Source: Zygnema circumcarinatum SAG 698-1b (taxonomy: Eukaryota; Plantae; Zygnematophyceae). From it: a stretch of DNA of 64,000 nt. The DNA lies in the NCBI GenBank assembly GCA_037447605.1, contig CM074807.1, positions 1,612,001-1,676,000 of the forward strand, given 5' to 3'. The notes below the pieces were generated by a model that had not been told where the DNA came from, made no database searches, and saw only the letters and a list, made by a program, of their open reading frames with translations. The stretch's first letter is position 1. Each line of letters starts with the position of its first letter. Below are positions 1 through 13,300 of the stretch, piece after piece. Both the position numbers and the translations under genes were made by a program.

Positions 1-1415
1 GTTGAGGACGTGTACATCATTGGAAATTGCCCTCATGATTGGCTCTTCCCGCAGTGTGCAGCAGTGGTGAGTGTCGCTATCTGCTTCATCACAGAGACCT
101 GCTTTGCTGGTGGGTAGAGCTAACTGTTCTAGTGAACGGAGTCACTGGTTTGGGAAGAGCAGGAGCAAAGATTTCCTTGTTGGTGATACAAGGGAAGCTT
201 AGATTGTGAGAGGCTTATTGGACTCGTGCCTGTTGGAGGATGTCTACCATGGAGCAGGTGCATCATGGAGGCGCAGGAACTACGGCTGCAGGACTAAAGG
301 CGGGGGTGAGTGGCGATCATAATGGTAGCTACATGAATGGAGGATGTCACACTTGTATAAAGGACGTGCACTAATCGACACTTGATATTGCAGCACAGGA
401 TTTCCCCCTCTATGGTGGGGTCCCATGAAATTTCATGCCTGAGTTCTTGGAATGATCGCATCCAAGTACCCATTTAGCGCGTGAGAGAGGGCCATTGATA
501 TTGTCTTTCCTGCGCAGCGTCCCACAGCAATAGTGCCCTTTTTCGGAGATCAGTTTTTTTGGGGACTGAGATGCGAAAGCCGACGGGTGGGCCCAGCTCC
601 AATTTCTGTCGACCAGTTCGACCTTGACCATGTTGTGAATGCTATCACCATCCTGCTGCAGCCCGAGGTATGTGGAGGGATGGAATGCGCAGAAAATTTT
701 GGTGCTAGGAGGGTGAGGGGGGTAGGGAGCAGGGCAAGGGAGCACAAAAGACGCACTTTAAGTTGTTGGCACTTCACTATTCCGTTTCCTCCGACCATCA
801 GCAGCGTGTGTTGGTCTGCCTCTGGTTGTTGACATACGTACAGTTGCCAATTATCTCAATAAGAGGTTGAGAAGGGTTGGCGTTGAGCAGGTGATTGAGG
901 CAACAGATATGCTTTCCAGAAAGATTAAAGACGAAGACGGTGTCGAGGAAGCAATTAAAGCTTTCCACAAGCACTTGCCTAAAGGCGTTAGGTTGGTGAT
1001 CTCAACCTCTCTTCTTGCCTTTTGTGCTTGCTTGTTTCTTATGTTGAGAGGAGAACTTCCAAGCGTACATGGGGTGACTGAAATCTTATATGCCATGGAC
1101 CATTGGTAGAACACCGATTGTCCCTGAGTGCGAAACCATCCTTTGCCTAAAGTAGACAATAATGCATCCCCTCGGAAGTGTACGATTCTAGACCTTGTAG
1201 ACCTGAATGGCTGATGCTATTATGGTAGCAGTAGTCGCATGGTGCTACGCATATTCAATCCTTTTTGTGATTGTTTTGCCAGGTCAAGCAGCGAGTTCAA
1301 GGAGACGGATGCAGAGGAGGCACAGTGGACGACTTGGTGTAAAGCGTTGCACTCCTGGCCATGGTGTCGCTGTCTGCTGTCATCTCCAAGCTTGAAATCT
1401 ACGCGATCCATCTGA
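1..1415 (+). CDS. Sterol 3-beta-glucosyltransferase (UGT80/GT28 family), 3' exons only; gene starts before the window
   Basis: Spliced exons 1-66 (VEDVYIIGNCPHDWLFPQCAAV), 258-305 (VHHGGAGTTAAGLKAG), 518-667 (RPTAIVPFFGDQFFWG) and 891-~992 (DEDGVEEAIKAFHKHLP), all with GT-AG borders. These give the UDPGT signature PHDWLF..HHGGAGTT..PFFGDQ. The frame of the last exon (1283-1415) is uncertain. Confidence 0.9.
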
Positions 1416-3112
1416 TCTCTCCGGCAATTTCTATGTGCATCGGCAATGTACCATGAAAACGTATCAAAAGGCATGTGGAAGATTGGAAAGCCAAGCCACT
1501 CGGTTGCACATATGTTGTGCCGCAATCATGCCGGTGTTGGCCCGGTGTACAGGTTCCCTGTCAGAGAAAGGGCTGTTCAGCTTCCTTACTGGGAGCCAGA
1601 CCTTCCTCCTCAGCGAATAAGTGATATGTTCTTATGAAGGGTCGACGTTTCAGGCAAGTTATCATCTGTTCGATAAGGCCGGGTCGTCCATGCTGGAGGG
1701 TTGTCTGGTTTCTAGGCAGGAGCTGGGTGCTTTCACTGGCCCGCGTTTTTCATAGGTTTGTGTGGAACTGGACCTTGTCACTGCTGCAGTGGCTTGTGGA
1801 AGATGACTGCGTTGTACCCTTATGCAGGCGGCACAGGCGTGTAATTGAACTGTATTATAAACCTTTTATGTGAACCAGAACTGCATCCTCTTTCAGTGTC
1901 TGCATACGTGAATGGAACTTTTGGGCATGTACCAGAGGGACTCCACACTGCTTGGGGGCGTTGCCATTGATGTCATGTCCCAAAGCTTCACATTCGCCAA
2001 TTATAGAAATATTTCTTGAGAAAAGTAGGGTATTGGGTATAGTAGAATAGGAAATGCCTAGACCTTACGATGGTGATCCCTGCCCTTCCTTCCCTTGCAA
2101 TCGGGCTGAAAATTTCATTTTGACCCTATTATTCCCGACATACAGCAGCTGGTACTCTGTAAAAAGATAACATTCTTCACGCCACACGCCTACGCACTAA
2201 GAATGTACAGCTACCTAAAAAAACCGCGGTTGCTTTTGGAAGATGGCGTACAAGAGCGATTCACTGCCTTGCCATCATCCTTCTTTCAAATAGGTTTTGA
2301 AAGGCAGCATCTTTGCTGACTCTGCAGTGCCCAATGGTCAGCCACATCCTCAGCTTTCCATGCACGATGATGCAGACAGGCACACAGCATTGAATAACAA
2401 CCAAGAGTCCAAAGACGACTTGCAACTGTGCAGGTCATTTTGTCAGTACGAAGTACCATGCAGGTCAGAACTGACAGTTTTATGATTCAGCACTGAGTAA
2501 TCAAAACGCCTTACAGCCAAAAAGAATGGAAAGCCCTTCCCATCCAAGAAATCAACAGCACCATAGGGACTGAAAAGGCAGTGCTTCACAAGCAACGACA
2601 AACGAGACATTCTCCCGTACACAATGCCAGTAAGGACAGAGGAGCCTTCGAGCTAGGTTTAGAAATAAAAACACCTTCACAACCGGCTAATGCGCGGTCA
2701 AAACGTGCTAGTTAATCGTAAGGATATAATTCACATTGGGTGTCTATAAGCTAACAGGGAGCTGGACGAGAACAACGTCAGTATATGCGGTTCCAGTAGC
2801 AAGGTCCATCGTAACAACAGCTGCAAAATAGTCATGCCTACTTTATGACACTGCTGTTGTTAAATAACCTAACGAAAAAAAAAAAACAAAAATGAAAACT
2901 TGTGTACAAGCTTAAGGCAAGTTGATATCATTGTTCAACTGCATACGCATGTTTTGAAAACATCAGCCTTGGGGAAACGTTCACTACCACAAATTGTCTG
3001 CAGAGAGAACGTAAATGGTAAAAAAGCAGTTTGCCTTGAACATTCTGACTCGCCAGGAGCGTAAAGGCAGTCAAGACTGTAAGCGAGTTAGGCTTGAGGC
3101 GCATCATCCGTG

Positions 3113-3406
3113 CTATGAAACAGCAGAAACCTTAGAGCCGTAGCAGGTCTTGATGCTTTCTACGATAGACGAGAAGCAGCCATTGACTTGTCCCTCGCTC
3201 TTGGTCTTCTGCTCCGACCCCCCCCCGGCCTCCGCACCACTGTCCTCCTTCCCGCCTTCGCCCGCCAACTTCTTCCTGCGGTCGTCTCTATTGGCCGTGA
3301 ACACTGCTGTAAACGACTGAGGGTTCCCTTTCTTCCCGATCGCCGTCATGGGCGGCAGACTCGGCCTCACTCTCCCTCCCTGCCCCTCCGCAGGTGCAGA
3401 CGCCAT
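3113..3406 (-). CDS. Small hydrophilic orphan protein, 97 aa, single exon
   Basis: ATG at 3406 in GGGATGGCG context, open to TAG at 3113. GA-rich putative 5' UTR and cis-element-rich region upstream; U-rich tract downstream (~2876-2890). No family recognised. Confidence 0.45.
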   Translation of the reverse strand: MASAPAEGQGGRVRPSLPPMTAIGKKGNPQSFTAVFTANRDDRRKKLAGEGGKEDSGAEAGGGSEQKTKSEGQVNGCFSSIVESIKTCYGSKVSAVS

Positions 3407-3419
3407 CCCTGCAACTGCT

Positions 3420-3640
3420 ATCGCCTCCCCCAACCCTCCACTTCCTCTCTCTCCTCCCTCTCCCGATCTCCCTCCCTCTTCCTCTCCCCCTCTCTCCCTC
3501 TACCACTCCCTCTCCCCCTCTCTCCCTCTCCCTCTCTACCGAGATCCCCCTCTCTCCCTCTCTCCCTCTCTCCCTCTCTCCCTCTCTCCCTCTCTCCCTC
3601 CCTCGCTCTCCCTCTCCCCTACTCTCCCTCTCCGCTCTCC
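3420..3640. repeat. (CTCTCCCT)n pyrimidine-rich simple repeat
   Basis: Imperfect 8-bp period visible directly; it generates the SLSP/ERGR shadow ORFs. Confidence 0.9.
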
Positions 3641-4102
3641 TGCTGTCCTCTCTATGGCGTTTCAGCGTGAGGCGAGAACGGCCGCTTCGAGGCACCACCA
3701 CCTGAGGCGCGCCCTGCCAGCCGCCACCCGCCGGCGCAAACCGGCAACGCTTGGTCGCCCAATTTCCGTTGACCCGCCGGCCGGCTGGCCAATCTATTCT
3801 AGAACTAGTAAACTTTATATGGTGGTTATTATTATGATTCGTTATGTTTTCGTCTCCGTTCAGTACTTATTCTTAAATGAACGGAGGGCGACGTTAGGAC
3901 GGCTGGCAGCCGGCCGGCTCTGATTGTCACGATCGCCGGCGAGATTGGCCCACCGTACGGACGGTCCTGTCAGAGAGTCTGGCAGAGAAATCCAAAGAAA
4001 AATTTGTCGCTACAGGCGGGCTGCCCTGGCGCCGACAATTTTGGCTGAGGGTCTTCCCGGGCACGCCTGAAAGTTTTTCCCAGAGTTTCGGGCTGCCCTG
4101 TA

Positions 4103-4416
4103 TTCGTACGCTTTCGTACAGATTCGTACATTCGTACAGGGCCAGTGGGCGCGGACTCGGATTCGGCTTCCACATTTTGCGGCGCGGCGGCCAATGGGGG
4201 CCCAGTGTCTACACGTGGCGGCTGGCGACTTGATGAGCTCTGCCACGTGGCGCCGCTGCCAGGAGGCCGAGGCCGCCCGCCCGCTCGCGCAGTGACGGCG
4301 GGACGGGACTGGACCAATCGCTGTTGCAGTTTAGCGTGGAACGCGACGCTCCGGCTCCATGTGGTGGGCAACGGTGGCCGTCCGATGGCCGTCCGGGCCT
4401 CCCTCCGCGCCACGTG
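4103..4416. promoter_or_regulatory. Cis-element cluster: 4x TTCGTAC (SBP/GTAC-core-like) and 3x CACGTGGC (G-box/ABRE)
   Basis: TTCGTAC at 4103, 4113, 4123, 4131; CACGTGGC at 4212, 4244, 4411; CCAAT boxes nearby. Confidence 0.5.
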
Positions 4417-4534
4417 GCACGCATCGGCGCCTGGCAGGGCCTGGCCCGCGCCCGCCTTCCTTTGACATTTCAAGTCGTTCGTTTCCGACGGTTTCCGGCC
4501 GGCGGGGCAGTCCTCCCTCCGTTCATTCATTCAT

Positions 4535-4990
4535 GGGGGGGAGGGAGGGAGGAAAAGAGGGAGGGAGAGAGGGAGAGAGGGAAAGAGGGAGAGAGGGAGA
4601 GAGGGAGAGAGGGAGAGAGGGAAAGAGGGAAAGAGGGAAAGAGGGAGAGAGGGAGAGAGGGAGAGAGAGAGAGAGGGAGAGAGGGAGAGAGGGAGAGAGG
4701 GAGAGAGGGAGAGAGGAAGAGAGGGAGAGGGAGAGAGGGAGAGAGGGAGAGAGGGAGAGAGGGAGAGAGGGAGAGAGGGAGAGAGGGAGAGAGGGAGAGA
4801 GGGAGAGAGAGGGAGAGAGGGAGAGAGGGAGAGAGGGAGAGAGAGGGAGAGAGGGAGAGAGGGAGAGAGGGAGAGAGGAGAGAGGAGAGAGAGAGAGGGA
4901 GAGAGGAGAGAGAGAGAGAGAGAGGGAGAGAGGGAGAGAGGGAGAGAGGGAGAGAGGGAGAGAGGAAGAGACGGAGAGAGAGAGAGGGAG
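4535..4990. repeat. (GAGAGAGG)n polypurine simple repeat, ~455 nt
   Basis: 8-bp period, almost free of pyrimidines; reverse complement of the 3420-3640 repeat unit. Confidence 0.95.
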
Positions 4991-5272
4991 GGGGAAGCGG
5001 TGTGAAGAAGCCGTCCAATCAGAGGAGCGAGCATTGCGAACAGCCTTCAGCCGCGCTCCTCCTGCCTCTCATCTTCCCAACAGACAACTTGCATATGGGT
5101 CCAGGAACGAGACATGCATAGGTTAACATTAGAAAAACTCGCCCGATAACGTACACTCGTGTCTGCGTTGAGTGGTATGTTATGCTAGAGAAGAGGACGA
5201 CAGACGGCACAACCGCTCTTCAAGGCCAATTTGCAAATTTCTCTGCTTGTTAATCAATTTTGTAGTCAAGCC

Positions 5273-8200
5273 TCACGGCAGCAGCAGCCCCAAAAGCAGC
5301 AGCAGCAGGGCCCATGTCAGGCCCGGCGAGAGGACCATCGTGAAGGGGCCGTAGGAGTGCCAAAGAGCGCCAAAATGCTGCATTCGCACTCCACCCGCAC
5401 CCAGCACACACAGAGCAGTCAGAGACACATTATTGTTGCTAAGAGCAACACAGAGAAAAGGGTCCACTAGCCAAACTCTGAACTCTGAAGCAAGACGAAA
5501 AAGAATTGAATTACAATTGCAAGCGGTAGAAACCACCTTAGTACAATTCCTCAGTGTCAGGATAATGGCAAAGGGGGCTTGATTTCATATCAAACGTGGA
5601 ACGCTGCTGCAGCTTTGGAACACTCACCCATTTGAAAAAGAAGACAAGGCCGCCTCCGAGCACAAAGAGAAGGGCCCTCAGAGCGATAACCACAGGCCAC
5701 TCCACCACAGCCTCCTCCTGCTCACTCCTCCCTCCCCCCTCCGCCCTCTCTCTCCTGAGCCCAAAAAGTTGAACAGAATCCTCCCCCCCCTCAGCTCCCC
5801 CCCCACATGTTGCTCTCCTGCGCAGCACCGCTTTGCTGCTCCTCCTTACTTCAGCCAAATCTGACGGAGGAGGAGAATTCTCAGTAGAGCCACCAGCCGT
5901 TATATTTCCCTCTACAGCTCCTACCCCCTTCACTCCTCCCTCTTCGACGAACTTTCGCTTAGTCAAATAATGGGAGAGCTTCCTTTCTCCCAAGAACAGC
6001 ATGCTCCATAGAAACACCAATGGCAGACCAACATATAAATAAGGAATCACTACTGTGAGGACGTCAGGAGCTCCCAGCCCCTCCATAGGAACTGCGTTTG
6101 AAGTAATCTGCGCTGACCACCCCCAGAGAGACATTCTGCCGAGAGGGAGATTCTCTCCCAAAGGGTGCCCCCAGCACCATGGGCCCACAGAGAGCTGCAG
6201 AAGGGTGGCTCCCTGAACCCACCAAACCCTGTGCATGGCTGCTTCACAGGCCGAGAAGACTACGAGAACAGGCAGAGCTAATAGAGCCTTTGCAGGCCCC
6301 AATGTTCCGCTCAACGGACGCAACAAACGTATATGTTCACAACTCTGAGAGGCTTCTTCTCTCTGAAATGCGTCAGACTCTCCATTGACCATCCCCTCCT
6401 GCTCCTCCCCTTCTCTCCCACTCACTGCGGACGACGACTGCACTGAGTTCCGAAGATACTTAGCGCGTTCCACGTAAGCCTTCGGTAGGAGGAGGAGAAG
6501 CCAAAGGAGGAGAAAGATGCAGCGGAGAGCCCAGGGGAAGAGGCCTTCCCAGTGAGTATACATAAGAGTGCGCTCCACCCATGTTTGCTGCAAATTCGCC
6601 CTCTTTCCTTCCACTGAAAAGGGCTGCAAAGGACTTTCTGTAACCGCACCCCTCGAGTCCTGAACAGTGACTTTCAGCCAATAGCAATCTGCCTCGGAGC
6701 AGCTAAACCTTTTTGGATCCCATGGAGCAGAGAAAAGGGGGCCCTGCACTGTGGCATTGTCCTCAGCTGTGAGGGGAGTTGACTCCAGTTTAAGCTCAGC
6801 CACGGCAGACTCTCCTTCCCCTTTTCTCTTGTCATAAATGGAGACGCTACATGAGAGAGGAGAAAAGTGTGAGAAAACGAGGACGCGAATATAGTCCCTG
6901 TGACCTGGCTGGTCTTCACTGCCCTCTGAAGATTCCAGTAAAAAACGCGAATCGGGTGGATATGTGACAAGTATGAGAGCTTTAGGGTACACCGTGCTTC
7001 TGAATTCGTCACCTTCAGCTTGAGAGGCCACCTTTGAGCTATCAGAAGCAGAGCTGCTCCTCAATTCTGAGGTGGAAGGAACTCCATCAACGAGACGAAC
7101 TTCGGCAAACGAAATCAGCCCGCTGTCGCAAGCCATGATTCGAAAAATGCGGTTATCTTTCCAGTCCCCAACCGCCCACTCCCACAAGCCAGCAACTTTC
7201 ACAGTGTGCGTTTCTGGAGAGCTTCCACTAGTCCTTGACAGCTCATGCAAATCCCTTGACTCCCTTCTCCCCTCCTCTGCCTCCTCACCACCTTCACCAT
7301 TTCCGTGTGGTTTGATAGTCCCACCAAAAGCAGGAGAATGAGCAGAAGCCCGGTTGCCAGCTGTTGCCTTCCCTCCACCATGGAAGCGATACATCTGGGT
7401 GCCAAACTTCTGGTGAAGGTGGCCGGCAACGTACGCAGCTACGCCATGCTTCTGCAAAACTTCTCCAATGGTTCGCCCGGATGGACTTTGTGTTACAAAC
7501 GAGAGCGGGTAATGACCCAAAGCTATCAAAACAGGGGCAGCGTCGGAGGGAGTGCTCTTATTGGTCCAAGTGCTGAGAGCGCCGTCAAGGGCAGCCAAAT
7601 CTTCTTCTGTGGGATGCCCAAAAAAATTGGCCGGGCCTCGCAGACCGACGGCAGGAGAGCTGTCGATGGCTACAAAGACATGCTTTCTGCCCAAACCATT
7701 CTGGATAAGCAGCAGGGATAAGTAGAGTTAAATGCCAGCATAGGCGCCCCCCACTTTCTTTGTCTGTGGAAGACCCATGTGAATAATGCATATGTACAGT
7801 TTTAATGTGATTCCTTCTAAAGCCACTCCAGCAAAGGTCAGGTTACGCTTAAAGGCTTCATATGGCTCATGCTTCTACACCACCAACAAGTTCAACGGGG
7901 AAGTGCCATCTTAATCCACATTTGCTGCTTACCCCTTCCATACGCAAACATTCAGAAAGAAACGTTTCAATGCTTACCTGCACAGCAACACTATATACAT
8001 TACTGACGGTGCTGCGATTTAGCCGACCAGAAACAGAGTAGGAGGCGTAAAAGTCGCGTGTCCCGCCTCGTATAGGCACTTCAAAGGTGTCATGATTCCC
8101 CCGTAAATCGAGAATGAGCTCATCATGGAGATTGCTTTGCCTGCTAAGCTGCTCCATGACCCCCTTATAGCGCTTCCACTCTTCCTCATCCTGCCGAGTA

Positions 8201-9407
8201 ACTGTCCTTCGCTTGTTCTTGGCATCTGCAAGGACACTGGGTGGAAATGAGCGCTGGAAACTGATCCTAGACGCACACAAAGTCCTGCTTGCTGTTGACA
8301 TAGCAAGCTCGCTTATGCGAAGACACAAGCGACGTAGGCGATCGATAAACAGAATGCGGCCTACATGTCTTTCATCAATCGAAATGCTTGTCTATTGTCG
8401 GTGAAAACTGCATACCTTTAAAATGGATTAACAGCTGTCATTCACAATATCGGATAAAAAGCCAAAGTGTGGACTCTCAACAGACCGAGCATAAACTTGG
8501 GAGAGTTGGAAATGGTTAACGAGCAACCTATCAGCCCGTCAACTTACTGCAGGGTCTGTAAAGGTGTGGCAACTTTAAAAACGCAATCAGACGGAAATGT
8601 CAATTGGAGTTTGACGGGCTACGAGGCCACAATCCATTATTCTTTCGACTATACGGTTTCCAGGGCTCAGTGATTCGAAACTTTTCACAAGTTCAATTTG
8701 TGTATTTTATGTACACTTTCTCCAGGCATACTAATCCGTCAACTCAGAAAAAGGTTCTTCTAACGTTTTTCTGCACAGCTTGCAATATCTTGGATGTATC
8801 CGGCGTACAGCCTATACCATGTCGCAACGTACTAAATTTCCTTTTCCTCTCGCGTCTCCATAAATTATTTTGTTGAAATTAAACTAACGGCTAGGTAAAC
8901 ATTCTTGCATTTTTCTTTTTCAAACTTAACAACCCTGCTTTTCTTCCGCTCTCCTACTTCCTCATTCGCACCAAGCCCTCAATAACACCGCCGAACCACT
9001 CCAAAAGATCATCCCCAACCTCAGATAACTGCAAGCAGACTCATACTCCTCCCATTTCGTATTACTGGGCCACATATCTCCAATGCCTGAGATATCTGCT
9101 GTCCCCCATGCACCTGCGCTGCAAAGGTACGGCCGAGTCGTAGCAGCAGCGCACCCGTGAGGTCGCCCGTGACGAGCAGCGCTGCAGGCCTGATCAGCTG
9201 CAAGAGGGGCCCCAGCTGCTCTTCCAGGTCTGCTGCTCGAGCAGGTTTGTATGCGCTCACGTGCAGATCCGACACGTGTACCCACCACAGCAGGTCTCGC
9301 CCGGAAGGTGGCCCTCCTGCAGGGTATCCTGCAACCAGCAGGCTGAGCGGGAGGAGAAGCAGGAGGCGGATAAGGGGGAAGAAGGGAGAGCGGAGAGTAG
9401 ACGCCAT
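5273..9407 (-). CDS. Calcineurin-like metallophosphoesterase with C-terminal TM segments (TMEM62/At3g03305-like)
   Basis: Exons 9407-9155, 8225-7978, 7700-5628 and 5377-5273, phases consistent. Motifs SDLH, TGDLTD, RGNHD, GHYP and GHLH; N-terminal signal-like hydrophobic stretch. Confidence 0.88.
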
Positions 9408-10325
9408 GGCTGGAGGCGCCGAGCAGAATTGGGAATGCCTTTTCAAAATGAAGCTTTCAAGCTTCAAAACGGGGACCACGGTGACGCTTTTGAAGTTTGA
9501 GCATGTGAACGATGTTCCAAAAACTTGGGAGTACGTACAGCCTCGTGGACATGCACAGCGAGTGCAGGAAAAGGTTGAGAATGTGAACGCAATCTCACGC
9601 TCTTATAAGGGGCTCTTGCGTCGGGCACGAGTGACAGCACAAGCATTTGGCAATCTAAGATGGCAGATTATTATGTGAGTGCAAGAGACCGAAATCACAA
9701 GACTGCATTTTGCTTGAAACAGATTGCAGCTGAAGCACTTCATCAATGATCAATGAAGGCATTTGCAGTGAGCCGGCCATGGCATCAACCTCATACTTCT
9801 CCACTCTGTGTACCTCCCCCTTTCGTTGCCAGGCCCAGCTATCAACTCGAGGCTATTCGCCTGTCAAATAACTGCACTGGAAGTTGGGCATCCCTCACTT
9901 TTTCAAGGATTGCGTCATTTACCACGTGATGGAACTAGAGGAAAGTCCAGCTCCATGCGATGGAGCTCATCTTCTAACTGGATGCAAGGTACACGATGGA
10001 CGAAACCTCGACTCGCTTAAAATGAACAGAGGAGGTTGAAAAGTGGATACCCCAGTTCCGGTCCTGTCGCTTGCCGCATTTAGTTCCATTTAGACCCACT
10101 CCCTTGAATGTCGCTTTTATTGTTGGCAACGGAATAATCATGTGTTATATAATGGGAAAGATGCAGTAATATAAATACAAAGAACCCTATGACAAATCAT
10201 GATTCAGCCTGACCCACTTCTCTAACGGGGTACCACTATGAACATCAGACACAAGCTCCAAGTGGAGGGTTCTCCTGTGTTGAGGAGAAATTGGCACAAG
10301 TGTGTAGAGAGCCTCCGCGTGTTCT

Positions 10326-13300
10326 CTACTTCAGAGCCAGCTCTGAAGGAGGAAGGGCATACGGTGCCAGCTCTCCTATTTCCGGATGATCCGCCTGCTC
10401 ATTTCCCACCAGCATATAACACTTAGGTTTCTTAGTTCCATATAGCAGTGTCAGACTATGAAGCGTAGGTGGGAACTTCTCACAAGCCCTTTGGGCAGGT
10501 CAGTCTGATCCCCAACGAGGCTTCAACCAGTACCGCTCAAGGATTACGTTGCATGCACACAGAAAGACATGCATTGAATTGAAACCCACATATGTGCCTC
10601 AGAGCTGGCAATCAGCAAAGGGATGTGTAACCTAGATTCAGCTGAGAAACTGCCGCTTTTGCATATTGAATTCTGCAATCCATACGGGATGATAAACTCA
10701 CCAGCAGCTGCCCAACGCTCCAATCATTGCGAAAAAGCAAAACAGGCCTGCCCCACTGTTCATCCCGACCCTCCAAAACGATGTAAGACTTTGCCCTGAC
10801 TTTCTATTCCGCTGCCAGTGTGTCCCTGCATAAGGTGCAACCAAAACTCCGTTTTTCACCAATAGACAGACGTTCCATCTCACCTGATCTTTCACTACCT
10901 CGCAGTTAAACAGCCGGCCCGCTTTCTCAATAGCTGGCCAGCCTCTCTCCACCCATCGGGCCACTGAGTAGCCCATGGGCTCCATAATTGTTTCCACTCC
11001 GTACTCAGCCTGCATGCGGTACTGCACCACCTGCAGAGTGCCCCTAACTCCAAGGGTTCAGAACTGCGTGCTTGCTGCAGAATCTCAATACAGAGGGTGG
11101 GGGGAGATGATCCCACCAAACAAGGGTTTGCAAGCTTGCTTTTTGGTTAGTATGAGCCTGCTATTTGAGGATCTGGTAACTGATTGTAGCCAAGATTGCA
11201 CACACTTCGAATGGAAGCAGTCGCCCGCTTTGACTAAGAGTGAACTGTTCTGCTGAACGGCCCATTCAAAGGTATGGTGATAAAACCTCACCTCGAACTG
11301 AAGCTGTCCTACTGCTGCCAGAATGGGGTCTTGCCTCCCTTCGTTCCGGCTATAAAGCACCTTGAACCCCAAACAACCCCATTTCACTATGTCAACTTCC
11401 CCATCGGATTAGGGTTGTCGAGTCCTCCCCTCCACTCCACTGGAAAACTGGGATTCGCCAAATCACAAAGATACGATAAAGAAGGCTAAGCATTCTCTCA
11501 GATATTGAAGTTCACCTGCACTGCTCCTTCACCAAGCAGCTCTGTGAGACCCTTCTGAAACTGCTTATACTTCGACGGATTAGGGTTCCTCATCAAGCAG
11601 AACAACTCTGGCGAAAAGCTCGGGATTCCAGGGAATGTGCGGCGGGGCCCAACATATATCGTATCCCCGATTGCGAAAGTATTCGGATTGTTCAGACCTA
11701 TCACTGCATGGAAAAAGCAAACAAAAAAGCCATTTATAAGAGAATAAGCGACCTTCATTCTTGCAAACTGGGACAGGGCTGACGCACGTCGACGACTTTT
11801 GCCAGTTAGAAAATGCAACCAGCAACACCTTGAAGAAGCAATGCAACCGCAGAGATTCTCCTGCCTTTGTTGCCCCAAAAGCTCTCACCATCCCCTGCAA
11901 ATGCTGTCTCCATTACGGAGCGGTCCTGCGCAAACAACTTCTGAGGTCGAGTGAGGGCCACTGTCTTGCCCGTGCGAGCCAACTGCACCTTCATGCCCTT
12001 CACGAACTGACCTGCACTTGCAGGGGAAAGCAGAATCAGAGTCAATGTTTTGGGCATTCGCTAGGGCAGGGTCAAAAGGGGACAACCTTCGGAAGAATGT
12101 ATAATGGAGGAGGGTTTACCGGAGCAAACGCGGACAAAGGCCACCTTATCGCGGTGCTTAGGATCCATGTTGGCCTGCAGCTGTATGCAACAAGACACAA
12201 AGCTACCTGTAAGAGTTTTGCTCGAAACGGTCAATTTGAGCTTTGGGTTTATGGCGCTTCAACTATACTAACAGTTTCAGAAGGATGACGAGATGAGGGT
12301 CGAGCAGAAAGCACACGTGAAAGTACTCATACTACTTTAGTCAAGGGAATACACAAAAAATAGACGAAGCAAAGGTAGTGGAAACACTGTAAGTCAGCTT
12401 AGCTATTGCTAGCGTGGTTGACATTACGGTTTTAGCTGCTCACCTTGAATATAAAGCCTGTGAAGTGTGGATAGTCAGGTGAAACCTCCCCCAAATTACT
12501 AACATGGTTTCCCGGGACCACAGAATACTCCAAGAAACTCTCCAAAAAGAGCTCTACCTGCAGAGTAGCGGCGTTAAGAAAAATGAGCGAGCAGAAGCAG
12601 AGTTATACCAACAAGCAGACATGTGAAAAGTAGCCCTGGCTATGGCTACCGCCAAAGGAGCCAAGGGTTCGGTAACAAATACTGGTTTGATTCCAGCCAT
12701 TTTGTTCGTTCGCAACTTCGTTCTGCTGGATTTGAATAGCATTCAGTTGACAAAGATCTTCCACTAAAATCAGGCTACATAATAGTGCTCAAAGTAGACG
12801 GTCTGAATAAGGTAAGAGAGAGAAGACATTTGAGGGGAGAAAAATTGCACGCACGGGAAAGCTGCATAGAGTGTCAGAATTCTATTCAATAGGCAGCTGC
12901 TAACAGCTTAAAACATTCCAGCTAATACACGAGAAGAGACTGCTCTCTTACCCCAAAATTATTGAATGCACTGCCAAAGAATACAAGCGTGAGGTCTCCA
13001 CTATGGACCTTCTCCAAATCCAATGGGGGGGTCAACTCCTCCAGCATCTCCACCTCCTCCTGCTTCCCATCACCTCAACCACTGTCTAAGAAATTGAAAC
13101 ACCTCTCCCACCAGCCATCCTACACGCCAAGTAATGGCAACACACAATCTGTAATGCTCCACGTGTGAGGATTCACCAAGAGCTTTTCGTAGAGGTCCTT
13201 GTCAATGAGCTCTTCCAATATGGGGTCTCCCCATGGGATGACTTGCGTTGTGGTCTCCCTCCGCCCGTGCTGCGCATCGCGTTTGAAGAGATGCACTTCG

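Noticed and set aside
3188-5126. Long SLSP/ERGR-rich ORFs
   Set aside because: They are translations of the CT/GA octamer repeats, open in several frames on both strands.
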